A stretch of DNA of 64,000 nucleotides from the human T2T-CHM13v2.0 reference genome, Homo sapiens. Location of the stretch: NCBI RefSeq assembly GCF_009914755.1, contig NC_060935.1; one strand, written 5' to 3'. A program made the position numbers and the translations under genes. Positions 1 to 17,712 of this stretch are shown in pieces; the stretch's first letter is position 1, and each line of letters starts with the position of its first letter. The notes under the pieces are model-generated. The model was not told where the DNA came from. It saw nothing but the letters and a program-made list of their open reading frames with translations, and searched no databases.

Positions 1-26
1 TCTTTTTCTTATTTTAAAAATAGGTA

Positions 27-325
27 GGTTGGGCATGGTGGTTTACACCTGTAATCCCGGCACTTTGGGGGCCAAGGTGGGTGGATCGCCTGAGCTCAGG
101 AGTTTGAGACCACCCTGGCAACATGGTGAAACCTCGTCTCTACTAAGATACAAAAAATTAGCTGGGCATGGTGGTGGGCGCCTGTAGTCCCAGCTACTCA
201 GGAGGCTGAGGCGCAAGAATCACTTGAGCTCGGGAGATGGAAGTTTCAGTGAGCCCAGATCATGCCACCACACTCCAGCTTGGGCTACAGAGTGAGATTC
301 CGTCTCAAAAATAATAAAAATAATA
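27..325 (+). mobile_element. Alu SINE, full-length (AluJ/S-like)
   Basis: Two-arm Alu consensus (CCTGTAATCCC, central TACTAAGATACAAAAAATTAG) and A-rich tail. Confidence 0.95.
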
Positions 326-339
326 AGAGTAAGAATAAT

Positions 340-2308
<1,969 letters not shown>

Positions 2309-2686
2309 TTTTTCTTTATATATCTTAAAAACCATGTATTCAGACTGATCTCTTAAATTCCAATGTAACATTTTAGGGTTCTCTCCAGCCTAAGCCCTTT
2401 GCATGTTTGTAAGTACCTCTTCCAAGAGGTACTTGGAAGAAACCTGGCTTTCACTATTCTCAGTATATTTACTTATTTGCTCCTTGTAACTGGTCTTTCA
2501 CCTACCCTGACCTTGCCTTCTGTCTACCACATCTGCACGTGCCCTCACACCCCTGCCTCAGCACCCTGCGTCCTTGAGCACTAGTAGGTGGAAGCAGGAA
2601 AACAGACGTGTAAACTTCATAACAGTGACTCATAAGACAATAGAGGTGGAAAGCGAGAAGCCGATTTACTCTGCAAAATCATAAGT

Positions 2687-3237
2687 AGTATTTGTTCCAT
2701 TATCTACTGTTGTGTAAAAAAGTCTCTCCAAAAGTTATCACTTAAAATAAGGGAAGAACTATTTTGCATACAAACTGCACTTTGGGCAGAGTTCAGCAAT
2801 AATACTCAATTCTCTCTGCGGCACTCAAGTGAGGTGGGCTGGTTCAAAGTTGGAGCATCCAGGGGCGGAGGCTAGAATCTTGTGCAGTCTCCCTCACCGT
2901 GTGATGTCTGGCAGCTGATGCCAGCTATTAGCTGGGACCTCCATGAGAACTGTGGCTGGAACACCTGTAATGGCCTTTCCACGTGGCTGCTTGGCTTCCT
3001 CACGGTACGGTGGCTGGGTTCCAAGGGCAGGCATCACACAAGCAAGAGCGAGCTGGCGGAAGCCTCAGTGCCTGTCCTCCTCCAGCGTGGAGAGTCACAT
3101 GGCCTCATTTCTACTGCATTCTGCTGGTTAGAAGGAAGTCACTAAAGCCAGCCATATTCAGGGGGAGGGTAATTTGTTTCCACTTTTTCATGAGAGGACT
3201 GTTAAAGAATTTATAGATATGTTTTAAGACTGGCACA
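2687..3237 (-). mobile_element. MLT1 (MaLR) solo LTR, MLT1F/G/H-like
   Basis: GCTGGGACCTC, CCACGTGGCTGCTTGGCTTCCTCAC..GGTGGCTGGGTTCCAAG, TTCTACTGCATTCTGCTGGTTAGAAG motifs; ends ..GGCACA. Confidence 0.8.
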
Positions 3238-4410
3238 GAATTTAAAAATATACTATTTTCTGGAAGAATGGAAGATTCATTTGTACAGTTGCATTCGTTC
3301 AGTATTTTTAATTCATTTTTTTTAAAAGTTTTAAACACTTACATCTACTGGTATATAGGTATGCTTGCCCCATTTCCTTTTCTTTTCACTTTCTCTTTTT
3401 ACAGAACCCTGCTGCAAGCTAACTCATGTATGCGTCCGTTCATGCTTTTGTTCATTCTTGTGTGATACAGAAATGTATATACACATACATACAGTGGGTT
3501 GGGAATCTTGTTTTTAAAAAATAGAATCACATTGAAACTAATTTTTGCATCCTGTTTTTCTGAACACCTTGGAGAAATCCCTATAAATCAAGAGGTTTCA
3601 TTCTAATTTGTTCTTTTTAGATGCTGCACATACTCTGTTTTCTGATTTGGTTATTTGATCATGACGGGGTAGGAATAGAGAGGGACAGGCTTCAAAGAAA
3701 GGGTAGTCAGGAAAGAGAAAGAGGAGGAGTGCTAGGTATTCCTGGGGTCTTCAACCTGATGTGTCATCGAAGTGGGTGGGAAGTTGGGAAAATGGTGGTG
3801 GGGAGGTGTGTTGGTTGGTTTTAGCGGGGAAATGAGTATTTTTTTATATGCACTAAAATTACCTACCAGGCAGTTGAATACATAGGAGCAGGGAGTGAGT
3901 CCAAGGATAGGACTGGAGTTGATAGACAAAGCTATAAAGGGAGACGGTTACTGGGGGGAGAGCTCTGTCTCGCTTAGCATCACTTGCTGTTAGTGGTGGG
4001 CCCAGACAGTGACTGAAATATTTTCATTCCAGACCAGGGTCCAGTGTATTTATACTTGATGCATTAAGTTCTGATCTTTAAAAAGCTGCCAGTTTTTTAG
4101 AAGGAGAGTTTTTATTTTCATTTTATATGGTGTGGGCTGAAGGAATCTTTTGCTAAATATAACAATGTGAGTTTGCTAGTCTTTCTGAGGCATTGAAGGC
4201 ATTTAAAATTTGAAACCAGAGCTACCTGATGGGAACATCCTTGATCTCTTCTCCAAGTCAAACCAACCTAGGCCACGTGTAATAATTAGTTCAATTGAAT
4301 GGCTGAAGAAGGATTTATTTGCCCCTTTTATGTTACAGAGGAGATCCACAGTACAGCTAGAAAAGGGATGCAGAATGAACAGGACAGACACGTGATTCTG
4401 ACCCTGATAA

Positions 4411-4754
<344 letters not shown>

Positions 4755-4803
4755 AAGTTTACTATTATTATTAAAAATACTGGTGGCCTTGAAATCAGTG
4801 TAA

Positions 4804-5260
<457 letters not shown>

Positions 5261-5586
5261 AACCTGTGAGTTTTATATAAATGGCACAGTTGAAATGATA
5301 AACGTCCTTAAGATTTAATTTTGATTAGGGGAAGTGAGTGAAAGGTATTCCTCTTGTTGGTTTTCCCTGTATTCTGTTTGGTTTGGTCTTTTTTCAGATA
5401 AGTTCAACAGTGGGGTGTCAATTATATGTAAAGTACATGGAGAAAGCTGCAAGGATGTGGGTGGCTCAGGCCTGTCCTTAGAGAGCTCCCCATCTTGGTA
5501 TCTACAGCTCACTGCAAGACAGAGCAGATTGAAATAAGTAACAACTAGAGTTACATGTGGGGTAATTTAGGAGAAAAGGGCATTAG

Positions 5587-5933
<347 letters not shown>

Positions 5934-5939
5934 TGGAAA

Positions 5940-6230
5940 ATTTTTTAAATATACAAAAATAGAGAAAGGTGTGTGATGAATCCCTGTGTACTCACCACCC
6001 TGCTTTATTATCAGCTCAGGGGCAGTGCTGTTTTATCTGTGCCCCCATCCCCTCCCCCCACTCCCACCCCCAGATTATCTTGAAGCAAATCCCAGTCATC
6101 ATCACATTTCTTTTGTAATAATTTCAATATGTATCTTCAAAAGATAGGGACACTTTAAAAAATACATAACCACAATACCATTATCTCTCCTAAAATAATA
6201 GTAAGTCCTTAATTTTATCTGATTTGCAGT
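5940..6230 (-). mobile_element. L1MC-like 3' end
   Basis: GATTATCTTGAAGCAAATCCCAG and CATAACCACAATACCATTATC motifs typical of L1MC 3' UTR. Confidence 0.7.
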
Positions 6231-6502
6231 CACTTTAGTTGGAATTTACAAAGAGAAGATTTTAATAGATGGTGAATGGGAGGAAGGGAATTCAGATAGA
6301 GGGAATAACACATGGAAAATCAGGGACCGTGTGTAAGTGAAAGGTAATAAAAGTCTGATTTAGGGCTGTGGCATTGGGCGGAAAGGAAATTGCAAATGTC
6401 AGTCACGGCAGAGGTAAACTTAATGGAATTTTCCAGTTGAGGACAGCACGTGTGTCTTCCTTCTATTTCTGGTTAATAGTAGTCATTTTGAACCCTATAG
6501 AA

Positions 6503-6736
6503 CAGGGTTGACAAACCATGGTTTGTAGCCCAAATCCTGTTCTCAGTCTGTGTTTGTAAATAAAGTTTTACTGGAATACAACCACACCCATTTGTTGATG
6601 TATTGTTGTGTATGGCTGCTTTCATGAACCCCACAATGGGCAGAGTCAAGCAGTTGCAGCAGAGACTCTATGAACTGTAAAACCCCAAATACTTACTACT
6701 ATCTGGCCCTTTATAGAAAAAGTTTGCCAACCTCTG
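6503..6736. mobile_element. MER58A hAT-Charlie MITE
   Basis: CAGGGTTGACAAAC..GTTTGCCAACCTCTG termini; GTAAATAAAGTTTTACTGGAA core; degenerate 8-bp TSD CTATAGAA/ATCTAGAA. Confidence 0.88.
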
Positions 6737-6944
6737 ATCTAGAAGAAACTGGGCCCTGGATTTAGTGCTTGCTCTCAGAGGAGTTGAGTAGAGTATATGG
6801 ATTAGAAACAGCCATGTCTTTGTGATATACAGGGGTATACAGGAGTCAGAAACAGTGGATTTTGTTTTGCTCTGTCTTTATCATTCATTTTATAGCCTGA
6901 GAAAGTAAGTCTAAGAATCTTTCTGCCTCTGTTTATTATTTGAT

Positions 6945-7078
6945 TTTATATTGTGAACTAAGCTCTGTGAAATCAGAGGTTTTTGTCTTTTCCTCACTAC
7001 TCTATTGGCAGGGCCTGGATCAGTGCCAGACATTTAGTAGGCATTCAGTAAGTAATTGTTGAATAAGTAAGCAAATAT
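6945..7078 (+). mobile_element. L2 3' end
   Basis: AAGCTCTGTGA..CAGTGCCAGACATTTAGTAGGCATTCAGTAAG..TTGTTGAAT. Confidence 0.75.
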
Positions 7079-7262
7079 TTTAGTCTTTTTGCTTCTCTTC
7101 TGTATTACACACATTTGGAGTTTCTTGGGGGAACAAGGATGATATATTTGTAGGTGGCAATTATGTTACTATGTAAATCTGTTATAATTTTTCCCAAAAG
7201 TTCAGAAAATTGTTTCATTAGTACAATGGAGTATTAAGCAGCAGTTAAAACTAGTAATTATG

Positions 7263-7560
<298 letters not shown>

Positions 7561-8268
7561 CTGGTAATTATGATAACTATAGAAATGAGGAGAAATGTTT
7601 ATGGTAGGTCAAAATCGTAGGCACACTGCCTCCCTAAAATATGAATGAATATGGACAAAGACTGGAAGATAATGTGAAAATGAAATCATTTTAAGACAGT
7701 GGAATTTTTGGTGGTTTTTCTCTCCAAAATTTTCTTTAATACTATTGCTTACTCATCTTTTCAGAAATGATTTTAAATATGTATAAACTTTCCATGCCCT
7801 TCCCTGCACTATGTACAGAAATAGAATCTTTAATGTGGATCACAAATAACACAATAATCAGAAATTAGAGATGGTGTTGAATCTCAGCATTGGTAATGAG
7901 AATAGGCTTTATGGATAGATATTCCACTTTATCCTGAGATACACAGCTACAGTATACTTTCTGGGAGGAGTATGCCTATAAGCATCCTTGGCTGGAACCT
8001 GAATTGGGTTTACAAGCTTACATTTAGATAAAAGCCTTTTTATTTGAGATGAAACCCATACAGGCAGGGTAGAAAGGAGTGGCCTGGGTGAGAATGTCTA
8101 ATGTTTGGGTTTTCTCAAAGCGTCATTCCTCCTTTCCTCTTATTCTGGCTAGCTTTTCCACAGTGTCATGTAAAGAGGCAGCATTTTCTAGAAGATGCAA
8201 GTCATTTGAAGTAGTCATTTGGTTTTCTTCTCATTTCACTTTCAGCCTGCCTTTAAAAATGTAGCTGA

Positions 8269-8895
8269 GGCCCACCGCTGTGGCTCACACCTGTAATCCC
8301 AGCACTTTGGGAGGCTGAGGCGGAAGGAGCACATGAGCCCAGGAGTTCAAGACCAACCTGGGCGACAGAGGGAGAACCTACAAAAAATGAAAAATAAAAA
8401 ATACAAAAATGGCCGAGTGCAGTGGCTCACGCCTGTAATCGCAGCACTTTGGGAGGCTGAGGTGGGCAGATCACTTGAGGCCAGGAGTTCAAGACCAACC
8501 TGGCCAACATGGTGAAACCCCATTTCTACTAAAAATACAAAAATTAGCCGGGCGTGGTGACACGTACCTGTAATCCCAGCTACCTGGAAGGCTGAGACAT
8601 GAGAATCACTTGAACCCGGGGAGGTTGCAGTGAGCTGAGATCGTGCCACTGCACTCCAGCCTGGGTGACAGAATGAGACTCCATCTCAAAAAATAAAAAA
8701 AAATATAAAAAAATTAGCCAGGCGTGGTGGTGCATGCCTGTAATCCCAGCTACTGGGTGGAGGTGAAGAGGTAGGCTGAGGTGGGAGGATCGCTTGAGCC
8801 CAAGAGGTTGAGGCTGCAGTAAGCCAGGATCACACCACTGCACTGCATGCAACCTGGATGACAAAGCGAGACCCTGTCTCAGAGAAAAAAAAAAA
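8269..8895 (+). mobile_element. AluJ split by a nested Alu at its central A-linker
   Basis: Left arm 8269-8410, right arm 8713-8895. Confidence 0.88.
8411..8712 (+). mobile_element. AluSx-like, nested
   Basis: Complete dimer between the host arms. Confidence 0.93.
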
Positions 8896-9249
8896 AGATA
8901 AATCTTGTCTTTGTACCTTAGTTTCTCCACATGCAAAACTGGTTCTTTATACCTTTCCGAAGGTTGTGTGGTGAGTTTGCTGCTAAATAGGTTTTTGTGT
9001 TTCTTCTACCAAACTACCTTTCCAGGATATCTACAGTTGGTGTTCAAGCCATTGCCTCTGGGCTTCATGTGAGCATTCTTGCCCCGGGCAGGAATTCTGC
9101 AGCACAAAACAAAGTACTAAAGATTTTACCCTTTGAGAAGCCTACTCCTTAAGGGAATATTACCTCCCAGGTTTAGCAGTTGGGAAGACATGAAGTACCT
9201 GTTCTCATTTCATTCAAATGCCATTCAGTGGTCTGTGAGTCTACATGAA

Positions 9250-9713
9250 ATGACTCCCTGCGGACAGCACCCTCCCCCAGTCTGACCACCTACTACTTCC
9301 TCCCAGGTCACTCCCTTGCAGCCACGCAGGCTTCTTTGCTCTTTCCTGAAAATGTCAATTATGATCTGCCTTGGTCTCTGCACTGCCTCTGCCACATAGA
9401 GTCATGGTTCGTTTTCACTCCTCCTCAAAGTGTTTGCTCATGTGTCATCCATCCCAGTGAGGCCTGTCCTGTGCTCCCCTCCCCCCACATTATTCCTGCT
9501 TCCCTTTCTCCATAGCACTTGTCAACTGCTAACACACTATATCCTTTTCCTGTATACTATGCTGATTGTTTACTGTCTCCCTGTTTCCAGGTAGAATGAA
9601 AGCTCCATGAGGGCCATGATTTGTACTGATTTTGTTCACTGTTCTATCCCCAGTGGTTAGATTAGGGTCAACCACATAGTAAGTGCTTGGTAAATATTTG
9701 TTGAATGAATGAA
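9250..9713 (+). mobile_element. L2a 3' end
   Basis: TAGAATGAAAGCTCCATGAGGGC..TAAATATTTGTTGAATGAATGAA terminus. Confidence 0.85.
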
Positions 9714-10202
9714 ATGGCTGGGACACTGAGTTTCACCCTCTGCTTGGAATTCTTTTACTTATATGATTGTTACCACTATACCACGTTGGCCAGGGATGCT
9801 CTGTTCCCCCTTTAATGAACAAGGACAAAAACATCTTCTCTTGATTCTTTCTTAGCATAACTGAGATAGGCTGGAGAGTTCAAGGAAGTGTTTTGAGTAC
9901 TAAGAACAATAGAGAAACCAGCATAGAGAATGCAACAAGTATTACAACAGTCTGGCTTAACAGTGTTTCACTCTTGGAGCTGCCATATCTAGCTTGTTCT
10001 CATATTTTGCAGGCCCCATCCTAATCTACCCACTTAGGAGAAATCTAATTCCAGCTTCATAGGACTAGTCCTGACCTTGCCTTGATGCCCTGCATGTGGC
10101 ACCATCTCATAATCTGTTACTAAGGAGCTCCCTTTTGTACATCATGACAGCTGCCAACAAGGCCAAGAGAACCCAGCAAGGCTCATTTTCTAGTTTGAGT
10201 GT

Positions 10203-11145
<943 letters not shown>

Positions 11146-11400
11146 AGTGATACCTCTTTGACTGGAACAAATAACCTTATGCTTCAGGTGCAATATCTCA
11201 CACAGACACTATGGCCTTCGTTCACTTTTTAAACTAGCATTTATTGAAGACAAAACTATGTGCCAAGTTTTATGCCAGCTGCAGGGGATATCCCGTACCC
11301 TCCACCAGTAGAGGAGACAGAGCCAGTTTCAGAGAAGGGTGGTGAGTACCTGGGGATGGATGGATGTGTCAGGAAAAGTTTCATTGAGAAGGTCGCATAT

Positions 11401-11538
11401 GGCCAGGCGTGGTGGCTCACGCATGTAATCCCAGTACTTTGAGAGGCTGAGGTGGATCACTTGAGCCAAGGAGTTTGAGACCAGCATGGGCAACATAGTG
11501 AGACCCCATCTCTATTTTAACAAAAAGTAAAAGAAAAA
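11401..11538 (+). mobile_element. FLAM (free left Alu monomer) inside L2-like remnant
   Basis: Single monomer with A tail; TSD GAGAAGGTCGCATAT. Confidence 0.9.
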
Positions 11539-12423
11539 GAGAAGGTCGCATATGGTCTTTCAGGTCTGTGAAGAAGTGTGTGCATAGTTTACCACACAAC
11601 AGCATATGAGTCATGTCACCATCATTATTGTCATCACCCATCTTTATAGTAACAAGAAGGTAGTTCCTTCACACTCTAACCTAAGCCCTTTTTCTTCATC
11701 TTCACCTGGCTTTGGTTCTTTTGCTACAGTTACTCCAGCCTCTCTCCCCAGCCTTTATCTTCCAAATTTTCTGCTGTGTTGTTTCAACAGCCAGTGACTT
11801 TTCTGTTCATACTCTATTGATGATGAAGTAAAAATTGATTTTGATTTGTTTCTGATTTCTTTTCCTTAGTAAGTTTGAGTTGAACCTTTAGTTCTCTCTC
11901 CTCATCTCCTCGCTTTCTACAAAGGCAATTCCTGGTGTTAAGTGAAAGCTGTTCCTGTTAGAGCCTACTGTTTGCCATTAATAAGTGATAAGGGAGGTTG
12001 TCAGCCAGCATTAATACTCTGTTTATGAAATTACAGTTACTGATGCAGTATTTTGTGAAGTTCTTAAGATATAAACGGCACAAGTGATTTGATAAGTTAT
12101 AGCTCCAGAGACTTCCTTACATAGTATGCCAGTATTTCTTTTTCCCCTCTCAACGGGACACACATAACATTAAATTAAGTTTGTCTTGGTTGCCATTTAC
12201 TTTAAACGGATCTGGTGCCTGTGCTCAGATATGTTTATGAGAGTATAATTGACTTCTCTGAAAGCATTGAGATTGAGGGAGTAGTTATATCTTACCTTAG
12301 TCTCATTGATGATTCATGGAATTGAAATAATTAAAAAGTACTTATTACATGCCTGATTGCTTCATGACCCTTTGATAAACTACCAACACTCATATCAAAT
12401 GTCTCCTGATTTAAAAAAAAAAA

Positions 12424-12590
12424 TTTTTTTTATACATATATAGACAAGTTCTCACTGTGTCACCGAGGCTGGAGTATGGTGGCTTTCACAGGCATGATCA
12501 TAGCTCACTGCAGCCTCGCCCTCCTGGGCTCAAGGGATCCTCCTGCCTCAGCTTCTCGAGTAGCTGGGACCACAGGCACCTGCGTCTAGC
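12424..12590 (-). mobile_element. FAM (fossil Alu monomer)
   Basis: Monomer with 7SL-like extra segment GTGGCTTTCACAGGCATGATCATAG. Confidence 0.8.
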
Positions 12591-12687
12591 TAAATGCCTC
12601 TTGATTTTAATGGCATGTCTTGTCTTCATAGCATATTCCACAAAAAACTCTAAAGTCTGATAGAAATGATCCTTCTCTTTCCTGTAG

Positions 12688-12989
12688 TTTTTTTTTGTTT
12701 GTTTTGTTTTGAGAAAGGGTCTCACTCTGGTTGCCCAGGCCGGAGTGCAGTGATGCGATCTCGGCTCACTACTACAGCCTCTGCCTCCTGGGTTCAAGTG
12801 ATCCTCCCACCTCCTGAGTACCTGAGACTCCAGGTGTGCACCACCATGCCCAGCTAATTTTTGTATTTTAGTAGAGACGGGGTTTTGCCATGTTGGCCAG
12901 GCTGGTCATGAACTCCTGACCTCAAGTGATCCTCCCGCCTCAGCCTCCCAAGGTGCTGGCGTTACAGGCATGAGCCGTAGCACCCAGCC
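12688..12989 (-). mobile_element. Alu (J/S-like)
   Basis: Antisense dimer with T tail. Confidence 0.93.
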
Positions 12990-13129
12990 AACATTTTACT
13001 CTTTATACGTGTGTTCAGCTACAAAACTTTCTTCCCTACCAACCCTCCCAAGTCTAAGTAAAATTGATCTCGGAGTCACTTGACCTATTTATCTGGTATT
13101 ATCCTGGTACGCTGCTAGAGGTATATATA

Positions 13130-13462
13130 CAGGGTCATGTGTCACTTAAGGATGAGAATGTGTTCTGAGAAACATGTCATCATTGAGTGTACTTACACAA
13201 ACCCAGATGGCATAGCCCACTACGCACCTAGGCTGTGTGGTATGGCCTGTTGCTCCTAAGCTACAAACCTGTACAGCACTGATTCAACTTTAGGCAATTG
13301 TAACACAGTGGTATTTGTGGATCTAAACATAGAAAAGGTACAGTAAAAATACAGTATAAAAAATGTTGCATCTGTATAGAACAACTCCATTATAATCTTA
13401 TGGGACCCCTGTTGTATATGTGGTTTATTGTTGACTGCATGTTGTTCTGCGGTGCATGACTG
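13130..13462. mobile_element. Tigger3a-like TcMar-Tigger MITE
   Basis: CAG(G)GTCATG..CATGACTG termini flanked by TA; ATTATAATCTTATGGGACC motif. Confidence 0.85.
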
Positions 13463-13529
13463 TACTAGTTTTAAAAGCAGAACTGTCTCTATAATCCACT
13501 TCTTAGCTTCAGGTACTATTTCCTAATAT

Positions 13530-14790
<1,261 letters not shown>

Positions 14791-14899
14791 CTTTTCCCGT
14801 TGTGCATGGGCCAGTGCCAGGGGTCGAGTTGTAGTGAACTGAGAGTACATGGACAGTGCTGAATGGGGAAATGAAAGTTATCAAAAGCCTCTGGTGCCT

Positions 14900-15328
14900 T
14901 GCTTATTCATAGCAGATTTGTTCATAATAACAAAAGCTGGAAAGAACCCAAATGCCCATCAACACATGAATGAATAAACTGTGGCTATGATTTGGCTATA
15001 AAAAGAATGATACATGGTGGAATATGGATGAATCTTGAAAGCATTATGCTGCATGAAAGGAAGCCTTACACAGAAGAGCACATACTTAGGATTCCATTGA
15101 TATGAAATTCTAAGAAGGGCATTTAATTTATAGTAAGAGAAAAGTGGCTAACCAGAACCCAGGATGGGAGAGGGTTGACTGGGATGGAACACAGAACTTT
15201 TAGGGTAATGGAAATGTTCTGTATCTTAAATATGGTGGTGATTACACAGGTATAAATTTGTCAGAACTTATCAAAATGTACAATTAAATCAGTCCACTTT
15301 ATTGTATATAAACTATTTCTCAAAGTTG
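14900..15328 (+). mobile_element. L1ME/L1MB-like 3' end
   Basis: CTGGAAAGAACCCAAATGCCCATCAAC, ATGGATGAATCTTGAAAGCATTATGCT. Confidence 0.8.
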
Positions 15329-15430
15329 AACTGGTGTCTGACATTTAAATGTACTTTGGATTTCTTTTGTTTACCTACCCACTTCTTGGGCAGATGACTT
15401 TTCTTTTAATTTCCAGTTCTCCTAGCTACC

Positions 15431-15441
15431 TGCTGACTCAT
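15431..15441 (+). promoter_or_regulatory. NF-E2/NRF2/BACH-sMAF element with embedded AP-1 core
   Basis: Exact TGCTGACTCAT match to TGCTGA(G/C)TCA(T/C) in repeat-free DNA; motif only. Confidence 0.3.
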
Positions 15442-16258
15442 CCCAGACGTACTTACATTCCTGTTTCTGAATCAGTTCCAACATCCTTTGGGTCTCTTGT
15501 CCTCAATCTCTAGTTGGCAAAACATCTTTCTAATTGCAGGGTTATTGGTTATCTTCAGATATGCTATTGGAACTTACTTACCATCAAGGCTAGTTGGGTC
15601 TCCACCTCAAAGACTAAGTATCTCCAAACAGATACTTTTACAACGTAACAAGCAAGGAAAAAAAATGTTTGCAGCACATGTAGTTTGACAAGAAGACATA
15701 AGAGTATATTTTAAACTCTCAGTTCCTTTCGGTATGATGACTTGTATACTTTGATCAGACTTCCTCTTCAGAAGTTGTAGTCTTTATGTTTAGGATTCCT
15801 CCTGTTCCTGTTAATACAGCAGCTGAACTGAAAGCTGTATAGAGATTTGATGAATAGTTGACTGTCTCGTGATCAAACTCTTGCTCTGACATTAATATAC
15901 TTTATTTAGTATCAAGTCTAATTTTCATCTTTTATTTTTCCTCCCTTTAGTTCACAGAATCACCCAGTCCTTTCTTCCTTTATTAATACATTATTTTGCA
16001 AGTGATATATGACCACAGCCTCATAAAGTACTCAAGCAAACACATAGGGTATGATGTGAAAGTGCCACTGAAGCTCTTTTGCATCTCTCCACCTCCCCAG
16101 ACAAAAATACGATTAAGAGTTCGGCAGACATTCTTCCAGATCTTTTCCTAAGCATTGACATAGGACATGTGTACAGATACATAGACATTGTTTACGTAAG
16201 CAGAATCACTATGAGTTGTTCAGCTTGTTTTTTTTTTCACATAAAAACGTATCTTGGG

Positions 16259-16598
<340 letters not shown>

Positions 16599-17046
16599 TC
16601 ATACTTTTTAATGGCTGCTTAGTATGCCATAGAATAGAGAAAACACAGTTTATTTAACTAATCCTACTAAATGGACATTTATTTCTAATTTTCACTCTAA
16701 TAGTCAAAAAATGAATTTAGAAAATGCAAATAATTTGTGTTTTTAGGGTCTTTCATTTCTTATTTAGTTATATAATTATTCTAGCTTTTAAAAAAGCTTA
16801 TTAGGGTGGGAAGTGCCTCACTGATACTGTAATGTTAGAACTACACTGAAAACTTTGTTTCAGAAGAAAAAGTTGAATGTAAGTTCTCTGTGACTGCGGA
16901 CTTCATTAGCATTGTGTCTTCAGGGCTTTCTTTTTAGGTATGATTATAAACCAAAAGCACTATAAGTGGTTACATAATTTTCTTACAGTTTGTATACCTC
17001 ATTCAAAAGAAGCATACATCTCTAAGGATTAGAACTAGAACCATAA

Positions 17047-17352
17047 GCCAGGTGTGGTGGCTCACACTTGTAATCCCAGCACTTTAGTAGGCTGAGGTGG
17101 GAGGATCATTTGCACCCAGGAGTCAGAGACCAGCCTGGGTAACATAGGGAGACCCCATCTCTACAAAAAAAAAATACAAAAATTAGCCGGGCATGCTGGC
17201 TCATGGCTGTGGTCCCAGCTACTTGGGAGGCTGCGGTGGGAGGATTGCTTGAGCCTGGGAGGTCAAGGCTGCAGTGAGCTGTGATTGTGCCACTGCACTC
17301 CAGCCCAGGTAATAGAGCGAGACCCTATCTCAAAAAAAAAAAAAAAAAAAAA
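17047..17352 (+). mobile_element. AluJ-like
   Basis: GGGAGGTCAAGGCTGCAGTGAGC; TSD AACTAGAAC. Confidence 0.94.
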
Positions 17353-17480
17353 CTAGAACAGTGACCTTTGGTTGTAACATGATCAGCAGTTGGTTATAAT
17401 GAGTGCTTTAAATTAATGTTTTCCCATGGAGCTGGAGCCAAGCATTTGTGAAAAATGTTTTTTCTCTCTCCCTTTTTCAG

Positions 17481-17712
17481 TTTGAAATCCTGCTAATACA
17501 CTAATTTCTGTGGAACTTTCTACCAGCCTCTACTGGTGACCAGCAGTTGCTGGTTTATTAGCACTCAAAATATTTAAAACAAGCAAGAAACCTGTCTTTC
17601 CATCTCCTTGCCCTGTATATGGAGATGCACAAATATGGAAAATTCTGATGTTTAAGCAGAATTAGTTATATTTCAGGTAGATGGATTTGAATCTTTCAAA
17701 ACCCCACATGAG
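17481..17712 (+). other. Candidate exon (232 nt, or 36 nt from alternative acceptor at 17677)
   Basis: Long pyrimidine tract TTTCTCTCTCCCTTTTTCAG| and near-consensus donor GAG|GTAAGT in a repeat-free island. Confidence 0.35.

Noticed and set aside
9027-9075. Possible 43-nt exon (TTTCCAG|..CAT|GTGAGC)
   Set aside because: Weaker splice sites; such pairs are common by chance in 64 kb
11820-11855. ATGATGA..CTGA box C/D-like pair
   Set aside because: Too short for a snoRNA and no terminal stem
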